This document shows positions 46,795-62,779 of a DNA stretch of 64,000 bases, piece after piece. The stretch lies in NCBI RefSeq assembly GCF_024502345.1, contig NZ_JALDNN010000001.1; one strand, 5' to 3'. A model generated the notes under the pieces. It was not told the origin of the DNA. It saw nothing but the letters and a program-made list of their open reading frames with translations, and did no database searches. The translations under genes were made by a program, and so were the position numbers. This stretch comes from Escherichia coli (GTDB taxonomy: Bacteria; Pseudomonadota; Gammaproteobacteria; Enterobacterales; Enterobacteriaceae). Every line of letters begins with the position of its first letter. Within the stretch, counting starts at the first letter, position 1.

Positions 46795-46810
46795 TGTGAC
46801 GTCCTTTGCA
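46795..46810 (-). promoter_or_regulatory. CRP-like site in the crp leader (autoregulatory site)
   Basis: TGTGACGTCCTTTGCA; reverse strand TGCAAaggacgTCACA resembles TGTGA-N6-TCACA; lies about 120 bp upstream of the crp ATG. Confidence 0.5.
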
Positions 46811-46978
46811 TACATGCAGTACATCAATGTATTACTGTAGCATCCTGACTGTTTTAGCATAGCTTTCGCTTTGTGTCTCCTGGTGTCTCGCTTCAGCATG
46901 ACCCAGGTCGCCTTCCGTTGCGCGATTTGGTTAGTACGCGTACTCTGTCAGGAAAATTGACGCAGTGGAGTAGCAAAA

Positions 46979-47383
46979 ATGCAAGCGCGAGTGAAGTGGG
47001 TCGAAGGGTTAACTTTTCTGGGCGAATCCGCCTCTGGTCACCAGATTTTAATGGACGGCAACTCAGGCGATAAAGCACCAAGTCCGATGGAAATGGTGTT
47101 GATGGCGGCGGGTGGTTGCAGTGCCATCGATGTGGTTTCGATCCTGCAAAAAGGGCGTCAGGATGTGGTCGATTGTGAAGTAAAATTGACCTCTGAACGC
47201 CGCGAAGAGGCACCACGCCTGTTTACGCACATTAATCTGCATTTTATCGTCACCGGTCGCGACCTGAAAGACGTAGCGGTTGCGCGTGCGGTTGATCTCT
47301 CTGCTGAGAAATATTGTTCAGTGGCGTTGATGCTGGAAAAAGCGGTGAATATTACTCACTCGTATGAAGTGGTTGCCGCGTGA
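46979..47383 (+). CDS. yhfA: OsmC-family protein YhfA
   Basis: 134-aa ORF MQARVKWVEGLTFLGESASGHQILMDGNSGDKAPSPMEMVLMAAGGCSAIDVVSILQK... Confidence 0.9.
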   Translation: MQARVKWVEGLTFLGESASGHQILMDGNSGDKAPSPMEMVLMAAGGCSAIDVVSILQKGRQDVVDCEVKLTSERREEAPRLFTHINLHFIVTGRDLKDVAVARAVDLSAEKYCSVALMLEKAVNITHSYEVVAA

Positions 47384-47437
47384 TTTAACTATCCCGTTGT
47401 GAAGCCGGATAGTATTTTATCCGGCGTAATAGCAGAG

Positions 47438-48307
47438 TTACTCGATTTTCTTTCCTTCCATCAATCGTTGCACCAGCGGCAGCATAATTAATTCCATTGC
47501 CAGACCCATTTTGCCGCCGGGCACCACTAACGTATTGATGTGGGAAATGAATGAGCCTTGCAACATCGCCAGCAGCCAGGGGAAATCGATCCCTTCCAGA
47601 TTACGAAAATGGATCACCACAAAGCTTTCATCCAGCGACGGGATACCTTTTGCCGCGAACGGGTTTGAAGTGTCGACGGTGGGAACGCGCTGGAAGTTAA
47701 GATGGGTGCGGGAAAACTGCGGTGTGATGTAGTTGATATAGTCTTCCATTGAACGCACTACTGAGTCCATCACTGCTTCTCGTGAGTGACCGCGCTCGCT
47801 GGTGTCGCGGATCAGTTTTTGAATCCACTCAAGGTTAACGATAGGCACCACGCCGACCAGTAAGTCCACATGCTGCGCAACGTTATGCTGTGGCGTGACT
47901 ACGCCGCCGTGTAAACCTTCATAAAACAGTACATCAGTGGGTTCTGGTAAAGGTTGCCAGGGGGTGAATGTTCCCGGTACCTGATTCCACGGTACGGCTT
48001 CATCGTAGGTATGCAGATATTTGCGAGATTTCCCTTTGCCGCTCTGACCGTATTCAATGAAGGTTTGTTCCAGCAGGCCGAAGTCGTTCGCTTCGGGGCC
48101 GAAGTAGCTGATATGCCGCCCGGCGTCGCGCGCTTTGCGGATCGCCATGTCCATTTCCGGGCGGGTGTAACGGTGAAAACTGTCGCCTTCCACCTCAGCT
48201 GCATGCAGATTTAACTGCGCGAATATTTTACGAAACGCGAGGCTGGTGGTGGTGGTCCCCGCGCCGCTGGATCCTGTTACCGCAATGACCGGATGTTTGG
48301 CAGACAT
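47438..48307 (-). CDS. prkB: Phosphoribulokinase homologue
   Basis: 289-aa ORF MSAKHPVIAVTGSSGAGTTTTSLAF... with P-loop. Confidence 0.92.
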   Translation of the reverse strand: MSAKHPVIAVTGSSGAGTTTTSLAFRKIFAQLNLHAAEVEGDSFHRYTRPEMDMAIRKARDAGRHISYFGPEANDFGLLEQTFIEYGQSGKGKSRKYLHTYDEAVPWNQVPGTFTPWQPLPEPTDVLFYEGLHGGVVTPQHNVAQHVDLLVGVVPIVNLEWIQKLIRDTSERGHSREAVMDSVVRSMEDYINYITPQFSRTHLNFQRVPTVDTSNPFAAKGIPSLDESFVVIHFRNLEGIDFPWLLAMLQGSFISHINTLVVPGGKMGLAMELIMLPLVQRLMEGKKIE

Positions 48308-48360
48308 AGTAACTCCATGACTTAGCTATCATTATTATCTCGTCCGCCGACGGTTGCAGG

Positions 48361-48579
48361 TTATTCGCGAAACTGACTGCGCGGCATAATATTGACCGTT
48401 TCGTGCAGCTCCGACCATACCAGCACCGCTTCTCCGCACTGTAGCTGGCGTTTGACGTCGGCGACTTTCTGTTCAAGTGTACGCTCATGTTCACCATAAT
48501 CGGTGCCTTCACGTAACACAAAGCTTTCAATTAAATTTTCCAGCGTTTCGGGGGAGAGGTCTTGCCACGGAATCAACAT
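48361..48579 (-). CDS. yheU: Small protein YheU
   Basis: 72-aa [75 protein letters not shown]. Confidence 0.88.
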
Positions 48580-49595
48580 GATTTCGCCTCCAGATACGTT
48601 GTTAACCAGTCAGGAATGCGTGACTCCAGCCACATTTGCGGATGAAGTAATGTACCGCCAATAAAGCCAACATGACCGCCATGTTCAGTCAGTTGATACT
48701 CCACCTGCGGGGGGAGACTTTCCGGTTTCGGGATCACCTGATGATCCATAAACGGATCGTCTTTGGCGTGAATAATCAGCGTCGGTTTGGCGATCCGATT
48801 GAGCATCGGCATGGCGCTACACTGACGATAATAGTCGATAGCGTCAGCGTAGCCGTGAATTCTGGCGGTGATGAGATCGTCAAATTCACGGATGCGACGT
48901 ACCGATTTTAACTGCGCGAGATTAATCGGCAGTGTTCCGGGGTAGGCTGCCAGCTTGCGCGCGGCATTGGCTTTTAACAGGTTCAGCAAGTAACGCTGAT
49001 AAACGCGGGAAAAGCCCTTTTCCATATGGTAACTACAGGCCTCCAGCATAAACGGCGCAGAGACAATCACCGCCGCATCAACCGGGAGATCATTGCCTTC
49101 TTTTGCCAGCAAACAGGCCAGCATATTACCGCCGAGCGAATAGCCGACGGCAGCCGTTGGCGCATGACCAAATTCGCGTTGCAGCCAGCGTAAAAACCAA
49201 CTGGCGTCTTCGGTTTCGCCCGAATGGTAAATGCGGTGCATACGGTTTGGTTCACCGCTGCATCCGCGAAAATGCATCACCACGCCCAGCCAGCCGCGCT
49301 TTTGCGCCGCCTCAACCAGACCGTGGGCGTAAGGGCTATTGAGACTGCCTTCCAGCCCGTGAAATACCACTAAACGCGGTTTATGCCGCGCCTGTGCAGG
49401 GTTTTCACTCCACGCGAGATCGACAAAATCGCCGTCGGGCAACTCCAGCCGCTGCCAGTACGGGGTGAATTTCACCTGACGACGAAACAGACGCGGCAGC
49501 ATAGTTTGTAGATGACAATTGCTAAAGCCGCGCATAGGGGTGAATTCAGCACTGCTGCTGAATTCATTGGCATCGGTCGTCGTTATCTGCGCCAT
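48573..49595 (-). CDS. yheT: Alpha/beta-hydrolase-fold protein YheT
   Basis: 340-aa ORF; GxSxG nucleophile elbow (VGYSLGGNM). Confidence 0.9.
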
Positions 49596-51508
49596 CAGTT
49601 GCTTTGGCCTTCCAGCAGCATCTGCTCAAGCTGCTCCTGGGCTTCCAGCCACGCCATTTCGCACTCTTCCAGGCCGGATTTGGCGCTGGCTTGCTGTTGC
49701 AGGCAGGCGGTCAACTCCGCTTTACGGCTCTGGTCATACAGTTCGCTGTCGCCGAGTTTCTCTTCCGCCTGCGCCAGTTGCGCGTTCAGCTTCTCCATCT
49801 CTTTTTCCAGACGGGCAATCTCTTTACGCAGTGGCTGGGTTTGCGCACGCAGCTCCGCTTCCCGGCGCTTCTGATCTTTACGTGCCTGGGCGCTGTTCGC
49901 GTTCTCTTTTGGCGCTTCGTCGGTCTGGTTTTCCTGCTTTTGTACGTCGCTCAACCACTGTTGATAATCTTCCAGATCGCCGTCGAACGGTTCGACTTTA
50001 CGATCGTGAACCAGGTAGAGGTCGTCAGTGGTGGAACGCAGCAAATGACGGTCGTGCGAAACGACAACCAGCGCGCCTTCAAACTCGATTAATGCTTCGG
50101 TGAGTGCCTGACGCATGTCGAGGTCAAGGTGGTTAGTCGGTTCGTCGAGCAGCAGCAGATTCGGCCGCTGCCAGACAATTAATGCCAGCACCAGGCGGGC
50201 TTTTTCCCCACCTGAGAAGCGGCGCGTTTCTTCGGTTACTTTATCGCCCTGGAAACCAAAGCCGCCGAGGTAGTCACGCAGTTTTTGCTCCAGTTCCTGC
50301 GGTGCTAAACGTGCCAGATGTTGAATAGGCGATTCGTCGGCGCGCAGGTATTCAAGTTGATGCTGGGCGAAGTAGCCGAGCTTGATCCCTTTCGCCAGAC
50401 CAATTTCTCCGCTGACAGGCGCAAGTTCGCCAGCTAACAGTTTGATTAATGTCGATTTACCCGCGCCGTTGCGGCCTAACAGACCAATGCGCGAGCCGGG
50501 GACCAGATTCAATTTAATTGAGTCGAGAATAATGCGATCGCCATAGCCCGCGCTGACTTTTTCCATCTTCAGTAACGGATTTGGCAGGCTTTCCGGCGCG
50601 CGGAAGCTAAAGCGGAACGGGTTGTCGACGTGCGCGGGGGCAATCAGCTCCATACGCTCGAGCATCTTAATGCGGCTCTGGGCCTGCTTCGCTTTGGTGG
50701 CTTTGGCACGGAAACGGTCGATATAACTTTGCAGATGCGCTACGCGTTCCTGCTGGCTTTCGTACATCGCTTGTTGCTGCGCCAGACGGGTGGCGCGCTG
50801 TACTTCAAACGAACTGTAGTTGCCGGTGTACTCGAACATGCTTTGTTGTTCGATATGAATAATTTTATCGACGATCGGATCGAGGAAGTCGCGGTCGTGA
50901 GAGATCAGGATCAGCGTGCCCTGATAGCTCTTCAGCCATTTTTCCAGCCAGATAACGGCATCGAGATCGAGGTGGTTAGTCGGTTCGTCGAGCAGCAGCA
51001 ATTCTGAACGGCAAATCAGCGCCTGGGCAAGGTTAAGACGCATACGCCAGCCCCCGGAAAAATCACTTACCGGGCGCTCCAGTTGTTCATTGCTGAAACC
51101 GAGGCCGTGCAGCAGGCTGGCGGCACGGGAGCGAATACTCCATGCGTCAATAGCATCCAGCTTGCCATGAATGGTCGCAATGGCATGCCCGTCGTTACGT
51201 TCGTTGGCGTCGTGCAACTGCGCTTCCAGTTGACGATATTCACGGTCGCCGTCAATGACATATTCCAGCGCCGCTTGCGGTAACGCCGGCGTTTCCTGAT
51301 TCACCCACGCCAGTTGCCAGCTTCCCGGAAAGGTGTAGCTGCCGCCGTCGGCGCTGATTTCATTTTTCAGCAATGCCAGCAGGGTAGATTTACCACAGCC
51401 GTTTTTACCCACCAGGCCGACTTTCTGCCCGGGGTTGATGGTGGCGGTGGCATTATCCAGCAGGACGCGCACGCCGCGACGAATTTGTAACGAGGAGAAA
51501 ACAATCAT
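49595..51508 (-). CDS. yheS: ABC-F family ATPase (two ABC domains, no TM domain)
   Basis: 637-aa ORF; two Walker A boxes (GLVGKNGCGKST, GLLGRNGAGKST), two LSGG signatures, coiled-coil C-terminus. Confidence 0.93.
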   Translation of the reverse strand: MIVFSSLQIRRGVRVLLDNATATINPGQKVGLVGKNGCGKSTLLALLKNEISADGGSYTFPGSWQLAWVNQETPALPQAALEYVIDGDREYRQLEAQLHDANERNDGHAIATIHGKLDAIDAWSIRSRAASLLHGLGFSNEQLERPVSDFSGGWRMRLNLAQALICRSELLLLDEPTNHLDLDAVIWLEKWLKSYQGTLILISHDRDFLDPIVDKIIHIEQQSMFEYTGNYSSFEVQRATRLAQQQAMYESQQERVAHLQSYIDRFRAKATKAKQAQSRIKMLERMELIAPAHVDNPFRFSFRAPESLPNPLLKMEKVSAGYGDRIILDSIKLNLVPGSRIGLLGRNGAGKSTLIKLLAGELAPVSGEIGLAKGIKLGYFAQHQLEYLRADESPIQHLARLAPQELEQKLRDYLGGFGFQGDKVTEETRRFSGGEKARLVLALIVWQRPNLLLLDEPTNHLDLDMRQALTEALIEFEGALVVVSHDRHLLRSTTDDLYLVHDRKVEPFDGDLEDYQQWLSDVQKQENQTDEAPKENANSAQARKDQKRREAELRAQTQPLRKEIARLEKEMEKLNAQLAQAEEKLGDSELYDQSRKAELTACLQQQASAKSGLEECEMAWLEAQEQLEQMLLEGQSN

Positions 51509-51635
51509 AAGGCGCCGTATGTTCAGACTATGTTAACTTATCATTATGATAATGTAATGTATGGGCGAGCTGCCGCACCGGGCGCAATGGTAGCCCAAAA
51601 CAGCGACTATACACAAAAACCATACCGGGAGGGGG

Positions 51636-52190
51636 ATGATGTCTCAGCCAGCGAAAGTTTTGCTGCTGTATGCCCATCCGGAATCTCAGGACTCGGTGGC
51701 AAACCGGGTGCTGCTTAAACCGGCTACGCAGCTCAGCAATGTTACCGTGCACGACCTTTACGCGCACTATCCCGATTTTTTTATTGATATCCCCCGTGAG
51801 CAGGCATTACTGCGCGAGCACGAGGTGATTGTCTTTCAGCATCCTCTTTATACCTATAGCTGCCCGGCGCTACTGAAAGAGTGGCTGGACCGGGTATTAA
51901 GCCGTGGTTTTGCCAGCGGGCCGGGGGGAAACCAACTGGCGGGAAAGTACTGGCGTAGCGTGATTACCACCGGCGAGCCGGAAAGTGCTTACCGTTATGA
52001 CGCGTTGAATCGCTACCCGATGAGCGATGTCCTGCGCCCCTTTGAACTGGCGGCGGGCATGTGCCGGATGCATTGGTTAAGTCCCATCATTATTTACTGG
52101 GCGAGACGGCAAAGCGCACAGGAGCTGGCGAGCCACGCCAGAGCCTACGGTGACTGGCTGGCAAATCCGCTGTCTCCAGGAGGCCGCTGA
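51636..52190 (+). CDS. kefG: K+ efflux system ancillary protein KefG (flavodoxin-like oxidoreductase fold)
   Basis: 184-aa [27 protein letters not shown]... Confidence 0.93.
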
Positions 52191-53995
52191 TGGAAGGTTC
52201 CGATTTTTTACTTGCAGGAGTGCTGTTTCTCTTCGCGGCGGTGGCTGCGGTGCCGTTGGCATCGCGGCTGGGTATTGGCGCTGTGTTGGGATATTTGCTG
52301 GCAGGGATTGCAATTGGCCCGTGGGGGCTGGGGTTTATTAGCGACGTCGATGAGATCCTCCACTTTTCGGAACTCGGCGTGGTGTTCCTGATGTTTATCA
52401 TCGGCCTTGAGTTGAATCCCTCCAAGCTTTGGCAACTGCGGCGTTCGATTTTTGGCGTAGGCGCGGCACAGGTGCTGTTAAGCGCGGCGTTGCTGGCGGG
52501 ATTATTGATGCTGACGGATTTCGCCTGGCAGGCGGCGGTGGTCGGTGGCATTGGCCTTGCGATGTCTTCGACCGCAATGGCGTTGCAATTGATGCGTGAG
52601 AAAGGGATGAATCGCAGCGAATCCGGGCAGCTCGGGTTTTCGGTACTGCTGTTTCAGGATCTGGCGGTGATCCCGGCACTGGCGTTAGTGCCGTTGTTGG
52701 CGGGTTCGGCAGACGAACATTTCGACTGGATGAAGATCGGCATGAAGGTGCTGGCGTTTGTCGGCATGCTGATTGGCGGGCGCTATTTATTGCGTCCGGT
52801 ATTCCGTTTTATTGCAGCTTCTGGCGTGCGGGAAGTGTTTACCGCCGCGACGCTGCTGCTGGTGTTGGGTTCCGCATTGTTTATGGATGCGCTGGGGCTG
52901 TCGATGGCGCTCGGTACGTTTATTGCAGGCGTGCTGCTGGCGGAAAGTGAATATCGCCATGAACTGGAAACGGCTATCGATCCGTTTAAGGGGTTGCTGC
53001 TCGGTTTGTTCTTTATCTCTGTCGGCATGTCGCTCAATCTCGGGGTGCTTTATACCCATCTGTGGTGGGTAGTGATAAGCGTGGTTGTGCTGGTGGCGGT
53101 GAAAATTCTCGTGTTGTATCTGCTGGCGCGATTGTATGGCGTGCGTAGCTCAGAGCGGATGCAGTTTGCTGGCGTGTTGAGTCAGGGCGGCGAGTTTGCC
53201 TTTGTCCTCTTTTCTACCGCTTCTTCGCAACGGTTGTTTCAGGGCGACCAGATGGCGCTGTTGCTGGTGACGGTGACGCTTTCCATGATGACCACGCCGT
53301 TGCTGATGAAGCTGGTGGATAAATGGCTATCCCGCCAGTTTAACGGACCGGAAGAAGAAGACGAAAAACCGTGGGTCAACGATGATAAACCCCAGGTCAT
53401 TGTCGTGGGCTTCGGGCGTTTTGGTCAGGTGATTGGTCGTTTGCTGATGGCAAATAAAATGCGCATTACCGTGCTGGAGCGGGATATCAGCGCCGTTAAC
53501 CTGATGCGTAAATATGGCTACAAAGTTTATTACGGCGACGCTACGCAGGTAGATCTTTTACGTTCTGCGGGTGCAGAGGCCGCTGAGTCTATCGTCATTA
53601 CCTGTAACGAGCCGGAAGACACCATGAAGCTGGTGGAAATATGCCAGCAGCACTTTCCGCATTTGCATATTCTTGCGCGAGCGCGCGGACGTGTGGAAGC
53701 GCATGAGTTATTACAGGCAGGGGTGACGCAGTTTTCCCGTGAAACATTCTCCAGTGCGTTAGAGCTGGGGCGCAAGACGCTGGTCACGCTTGGCATGCAT
53801 CCGCATCAGGCACAGCGGGCGCAACTGCATTTTCGCCGCCTGGATATGCGGATGCTGCGAGAGCTCATCCCAATGCATACCGATACCGTACAAATTTCTC
53901 GCGCCAGGGAAGCCCGACGCGAACTGGAAGAGATTTTCCAGCGTGAAATGCAACAAGAACGACGCCAGCTGGACGGCTGGGATGAATTTGAGTAG
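52190..53995 (+). CDS. kefB: Glutathione-regulated K+ efflux antiporter KefB
   Basis: 601-aa ORF; N-terminal CPA2 membrane domain, C-terminal KTN/RCK Rossmann ([11 protein letters not shown]); start overlaps kefG stop. Confidence 0.95.
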   Translation: MEGSDFLLAGVLFLFAAVAAVPLASRLGIGAVLGYLLAGIAIGPWGLGFISDVDEILHFSELGVVFLMFIIGLELNPSKLWQLRRSIFGVGAAQVLLSAALLAGLLMLTDFAWQAAVVGGIGLAMSSTAMALQLMREKGMNRSESGQLGFSVLLFQDLAVIPALALVPLLAGSADEHFDWMKIGMKVLAFVGMLIGGRYLLRPVFRFIAASGVREVFTAATLLLVLGSALFMDALGLSMALGTFIAGVLLAESEYRHELETAIDPFKGLLLGLFFISVGMSLNLGVLYTHLWWVVISVVVLVAVKILVLYLLARLYGVRSSERMQFAGVLSQGGEFAFVLFSTASSQRLFQGDQMALLLVTVTLSMMTTPLLMKLVDKWLSRQFNGPEEEDEKPWVNDDKPQVIVVGFGRFGQVIGRLLMANKMRITVLERDISAVNLMRKYGYKVYYGDATQVDLLRSAGAEAAESIVITCNEPEDTMKLVEICQQHFPHLHILARARGRVEAHELLQAGVTQFSRETFSSALELGRKTLVTLGMHPHQAQRAQLHFRRLDMRMLRELIPMHTDTVQISRAREARRELEEIFQREMQQERRQLDGWDEFE

Positions 53996-54004
53996 AGGGT
54001 AAAG

Positions 54005-54205
54005 ATGGCAATCCGAAAACGTTTTATTGCGGGCGCAAAATGCCCGGCCTGTCGGGCACAGGATTCAATGGCGATGTGGCGCGAAAATAATATTGATATT
54101 GTTGAATGTGTTAAGTGTGGACACCAGATGCGAGAAGCAGACAAAGAAGCCCGCGATCACGTTCGCAAAGATGAGCAAGTGATCGGGATTTTTCATCCGG
54201 ACTAG
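54005..54205 (+). CDS. yheV: Small zinc-ribbon protein YheV
   Basis: 66-aa ORF with CPAC...CVKCGH. Confidence 0.85.
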   Translation: MAIRKRFIAGAKCPACRAQDSMAMWRENNIDIVECVKCGHQMREADKEARDHVRKDEQVIGIFHPD

Positions 54206-54299
54206 CGATATGCGCCGAGTTTTTTTAAGCTAGTGAGTACACGGCTGCAGAATTCCGCTACAATCTGCGCCACTATTCTTCCCATGCTCAGGAGATATC

Positions 54300-54890
54300 A
54301 TGAAAGTAGCAAAAGACCTGGTGGTCAGCCTGGCCTATCAGGTACGTACAGAAGACGGTGTGTTGGTTGATGAGTCTCCGGTGAGTGCGCCGCTGGACTA
54401 CCTGCATGGTCACGGTTCCCTGATCTCTGGCCTGGAAACGGCGCTGGAAGGTCATGAAGTTGGCGACAAATTTGATGTCGCTGTTGGCGCGAACGACGCT
54501 TACGGTCAGTACGACGAAAACCTGGTGCAACGTGTGCCTAAAGACGTATTTATGGGCGTTGATGAACTGCAGGTAGGTATGCGTTTCCTGGCTGAAACCG
54601 ACCAGGGTCCGGTACCGGTTGAAATCACTGCGGTTGAAGACGATCACGTCGTGGTTGATGGTAACCACATGCTGGCCGGTCAGAACCTGAAATTCAACGT
54701 TGAAGTTGTGGCGATTCGCGAAGCGACCGAAGAAGAACTGGCTCATGGCCACGTTCACGGCGCGCACGATCATCACCACGATCACGACCACGACGGTTGC
54801 TGCGGCGGTCATGGCCACGATCACGGTCATGAACACGGTGGCGAAGGCTGCTGTGGCGGTAAAGGCAACGGCGGTTGCGGTTGCCACTAA
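54300..54890 (+). CDS. slyD: FKBP-type peptidyl-prolyl isomerase / metallochaperone SlyD
   Basis: 196-aa ORF MKVAKDLVVSLAYQVRTEDGVLVDESPVSAPLDYLHGHGSLISGLE... with His/Cys/Gly-rich C-terminal tail. Confidence 0.96.
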   Translation: MKVAKDLVVSLAYQVRTEDGVLVDESPVSAPLDYLHGHGSLISGLETALEGHEVGDKFDVAVGANDAYGQYDENLVQRVPKDVFMGVDELQVGMRFLAETDQGPVPVEITAVEDDHVVVDGNHMLAGQNLKFNVEVVAIREATEEELAHGHVHGAHDHHHDHDHDGCCGGHGHDHGHEHGGEGCCGGKGNGGCGCH

Positions 54891-54904
54891 TACCGAAAAA
54901 GTGA

Positions 54905-54936
54905 CAAAAAAGCGGGGAATCCCCGCTTTTTTTACG
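54905..54936. terminator. Bidirectional rho-independent terminator between slyD and slyX
   Basis: AAAAAAGCGGGGA-at-CCCCGCTTTTTTT, U-runs on both strands. Confidence 0.8.
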
Positions 54937-54938
54937 CC

Positions 54939-55157
54939 TCAATAATGTGGCGGTGGCGTTTCTTCAGCCTGCGACGCGATGTTCGACGGCTGGCTGGCTT
55001 TTAACTTCTCGGTCAGCAGACGCAGATGATCGCGCAGTTTCGCCATCTCCATTTCATGAGCGGTCACCGTGACGTTCAGTTCTTCAATGGTGATTTCCTG
55101 AAAAGCCAGTCGGCTCTCCAGCTCTGCCAGGCGTGCTTCCAATGATAAATCCTGCAT
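54939..55157 (-). CDS. slyX: Protein SlyX
   Basis: 72-aa coiled-coil [31 protein letters not shown]... Confidence 0.9.
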
Positions 55158-55377
55158 GATTCACCTCTTTTGTCGAATGGTCGCCGCGGATTCTACTTAA
55201 CTTTGCTGCCCGAGACAGCACTCATTTCGCGGTCATCGAAACTAATTTAAACAAAAAGAGTCTGAAAATAGATGATAATAGGGCGTGTCTGTATGTAGAT
55301 TTGTTCGACAACGCTTTATAGTACCCTTCTGATAATAGTTAACCTTGGGGTGAGATGCCCCGATCCTGGAGATATGG

Positions 55378-56190
55378 ATGAAATCACTGTTTAAAGTAAC
55401 GCTGCTGGCGACCACAATGGCCGTTGCCCTGCATGCACCAATCACTTTTGCTGCTGAAGCTGCAAAACCTGCTACAACTGCTGACAGCAAAGCAGCGTTC
55501 AAAAATGACGATCAGAAGTCAGCTTATGCACTGGGTGCCTCGCTGGGTCGTTACATGGAAAACTCTCTAAAAGAACAAGAAAAACTGGGCATCAAACTGG
55601 ATAAAGATCAGCTGATCGCTGGTGTTCAGGATGCATTTGCTGATAAGAGCAAACTCTCCGACCAAGAGATCGAACAGACTCTGCAAGCATTCGAAGCTCG
55701 CGTGAAGTCTTCTGCTCAGGCGAAGATGGAAAAAGACGCGGCTGATAACGAAGCAAAAGGTAAAGAGTACCGCGAGAAATTTGCCAAAGAGAAAGGTGTG
55801 AAAACCTCTTCAACTGGTCTGGTTTATCAGGTAGTAGAAGCCGGTAAAGGCGAAGCACCGAAAGACAGCGATACTGTTGTAGTGAACTACAAAGGTACGC
55901 TGATCGACGGTAAAGAGTTCGACAACTCTTACACCCGTGGTGAACCGCTCTCTTTCCGTCTGGACGGTGTTATCCCGGGTTGGACAGAAGGTCTGAAGAA
56001 CATCAAGAAAGGCGGTAAAATCAAACTGGTTATTCCACCAGAACTGGCTTACGGCAAAGCGGGTGTTCCGGGGATCCCACCGAATTCTACCCTGGTGTTT
56101 GACGTAGAGCTGCTGGATGTGAAACCAGCGCCGAAGGCTGATGCAAAGCCGGAAGCTGATGCGAAAGCCGCAGATTCTGCTAAAAAATAA
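55378..56190 (+). CDS. fkpA: Periplasmic FKBP-type peptidyl-prolyl isomerase / chaperone FkpA
   Basis: 270-aa ORF with signal peptide and FKBP domain (GVIPGWTEGLKNIKKGGKIKLVIPPELAYG). Confidence 0.96.
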   Translation: MKSLFKVTLLATTMAVALHAPITFAAEAAKPATTADSKAAFKNDDQKSAYALGASLGRYMENSLKEQEKLGIKLDKDQLIAGVQDAFADKSKLSDQEIEQTLQAFEARVKSSAQAKMEKDAADNEAKGKEYREKFAKEKGVKTSSTGLVYQVVEAGKGEAPKDSDTVVVNYKGTLIDGKEFDNSYTRGEPLSFRLDGVIPGWTEGLKNIKKGGKIKLVIPPELAYGKAGVPGIPPNSTLVFDVELLDVKPAPKADAKPEADAKAADSAKK

Positions 56191-56199
56191 GCATTAAGA

Positions 56200-56231
56200 A
56201 CCGCCGCCTGACCAGGCGGCGGTTTTTTTAT
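56200..56231 (+). terminator. Rho-independent terminator of fkpA
   Basis: ACCGCCGCCTG-accag-GCGGCGGT followed by TTTTTTTAT. Confidence 0.8.
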
Positions 56232-56356
56232 TACAGGCCGGATATAATTAGTGCTGGAAAGCGGAACCTCCGCTGTATTAATTTAGTTACCCGCATCATT
56301 AATGAGCCTGCCCTGAAAAGTTAACGACAGGCTCCTGAAAAGGAGTGTTTTTTTTC

Positions 56357-57464
<1,108 letters not shown>

Positions 57465-57465
<1 letters not shown>

Positions 57466-57824
57466 TGAAACGAATTGCGTTTGTTTTTTCTACTGTGCCT
57501 CATGGTACCGCTGCCGGGCGGGAAGGTTTAGATGCTTTACTGGCAACTTCCGCGTTAACTGACGAGCTGGCCGTCTTCTTTATTGCTGATGGCGTTTTTC
57601 AGCTACTGCCAGGACAAAAGCCCGGTGCGGTGCTGGCGCGTGATTACATTGCCACTTTTAAATTGTTGGGTCTGTACGACATTGAACAGTGCTGGGTTTG
57701 TGCGGCTTCACTGCGCGAACGTGGGTTAGATCCGCAGACACCCTTTGTTGTCGAAGCCACGCCGCTCGAAGCAGATGCCTTACGCCGCGAACTTGGCAAC
57801 TACGATGTAATTTTGAGGTTTTGA
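57465..57824 (+). CDS. tusC: Sulfurtransferase subunit TusC
   Basis: 119-aa [30 protein letters not shown]... Confidence 0.93.
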
Positions 57825-57831
57825 GGCGTTT

Positions 57832-58119
57832 ATGCTGCACACATTACATCGCTCACCCTGGCAGACGGATTTTGCTGCGCTGCTGCGTCTGCTCAGTGAA
57901 GGCGACGAACTGCTGTTATTGCAAGATGGTGTAACTGCCGCAGTTGACGGTAACCGCTACCTTGAAAGTCTGCGTAATGCCCCCATTAAGGTCTATGCCC
58001 TGAACGAAGACCTTATTGCCCGCGGTTTGACTGGTCAAATTTCGAACGACATCATTCTCATTGACTATACTGATTTCGTCAGACTTACGGTTAAGCACTC
58101 CAGCCAGATGGCCTGGTGA
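57832..58119 (+). CDS. tusB: Sulfurtransferase subunit TusB
   Basis: 95-aa [37 protein letters not shown]... Confidence 0.93.
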   Translation: MLHTLHRSPWQTDFAALLRLLSEGDELLLLQDGVTAAVDGNRYLESLRNAPIKVYALNEDLIARGLTGQISNDIILIDYTDFVRLTVKHSSQMAW

Positions 58120-58141
58120 TGGCGGGATCGTTGTATATTTC

Positions 58142-58619
<478 letters not shown>

Positions 58620-58700
58620 TGGTTCTCCGTTAAGTAAGGCCAAACGTTTTAACTTAAATGTCAAACTAAACTCGTAGAGTTTTGGACAATCCTGAATTAA

Positions 58701-59186
<486 letters not shown>

Positions 59187-59270
59187 TCCCTTCGGAGTTT
59201 TAGTCACCAGGCGGGCGCTTCCAGTAAGCAGCCCGCTTTGGGCTACTTAAATTGAACGCCTAAAAGATAA

Positions 59271-61397
<2,127 letters not shown>

Positions 61398-61410
61398 GCC
61401 TAAGGGTTAA

Positions 61411-62652
<1,242 letters not shown>

Positions 62653-62678
62653 TTACACGTTAATTAGTTTTGAATTGA

Positions 62679-62703
62679 AAAGGGCGCTTCGGCGCCCTTT
62701 TTG
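62679..62703 (+). terminator. Rho-independent terminator of the str operon (after tufA)
   Basis: AAAGGGCGC-ttcg-GCGCCCTTTTT. Confidence 0.85.
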
Positions 62704-62779
62704 CTGCCCGTAATTTGAGCTCGAAATATTTAGTCGTAATTTTGCTCGCTGAACTATGGCGCAAATAAAACTGTGCTAT

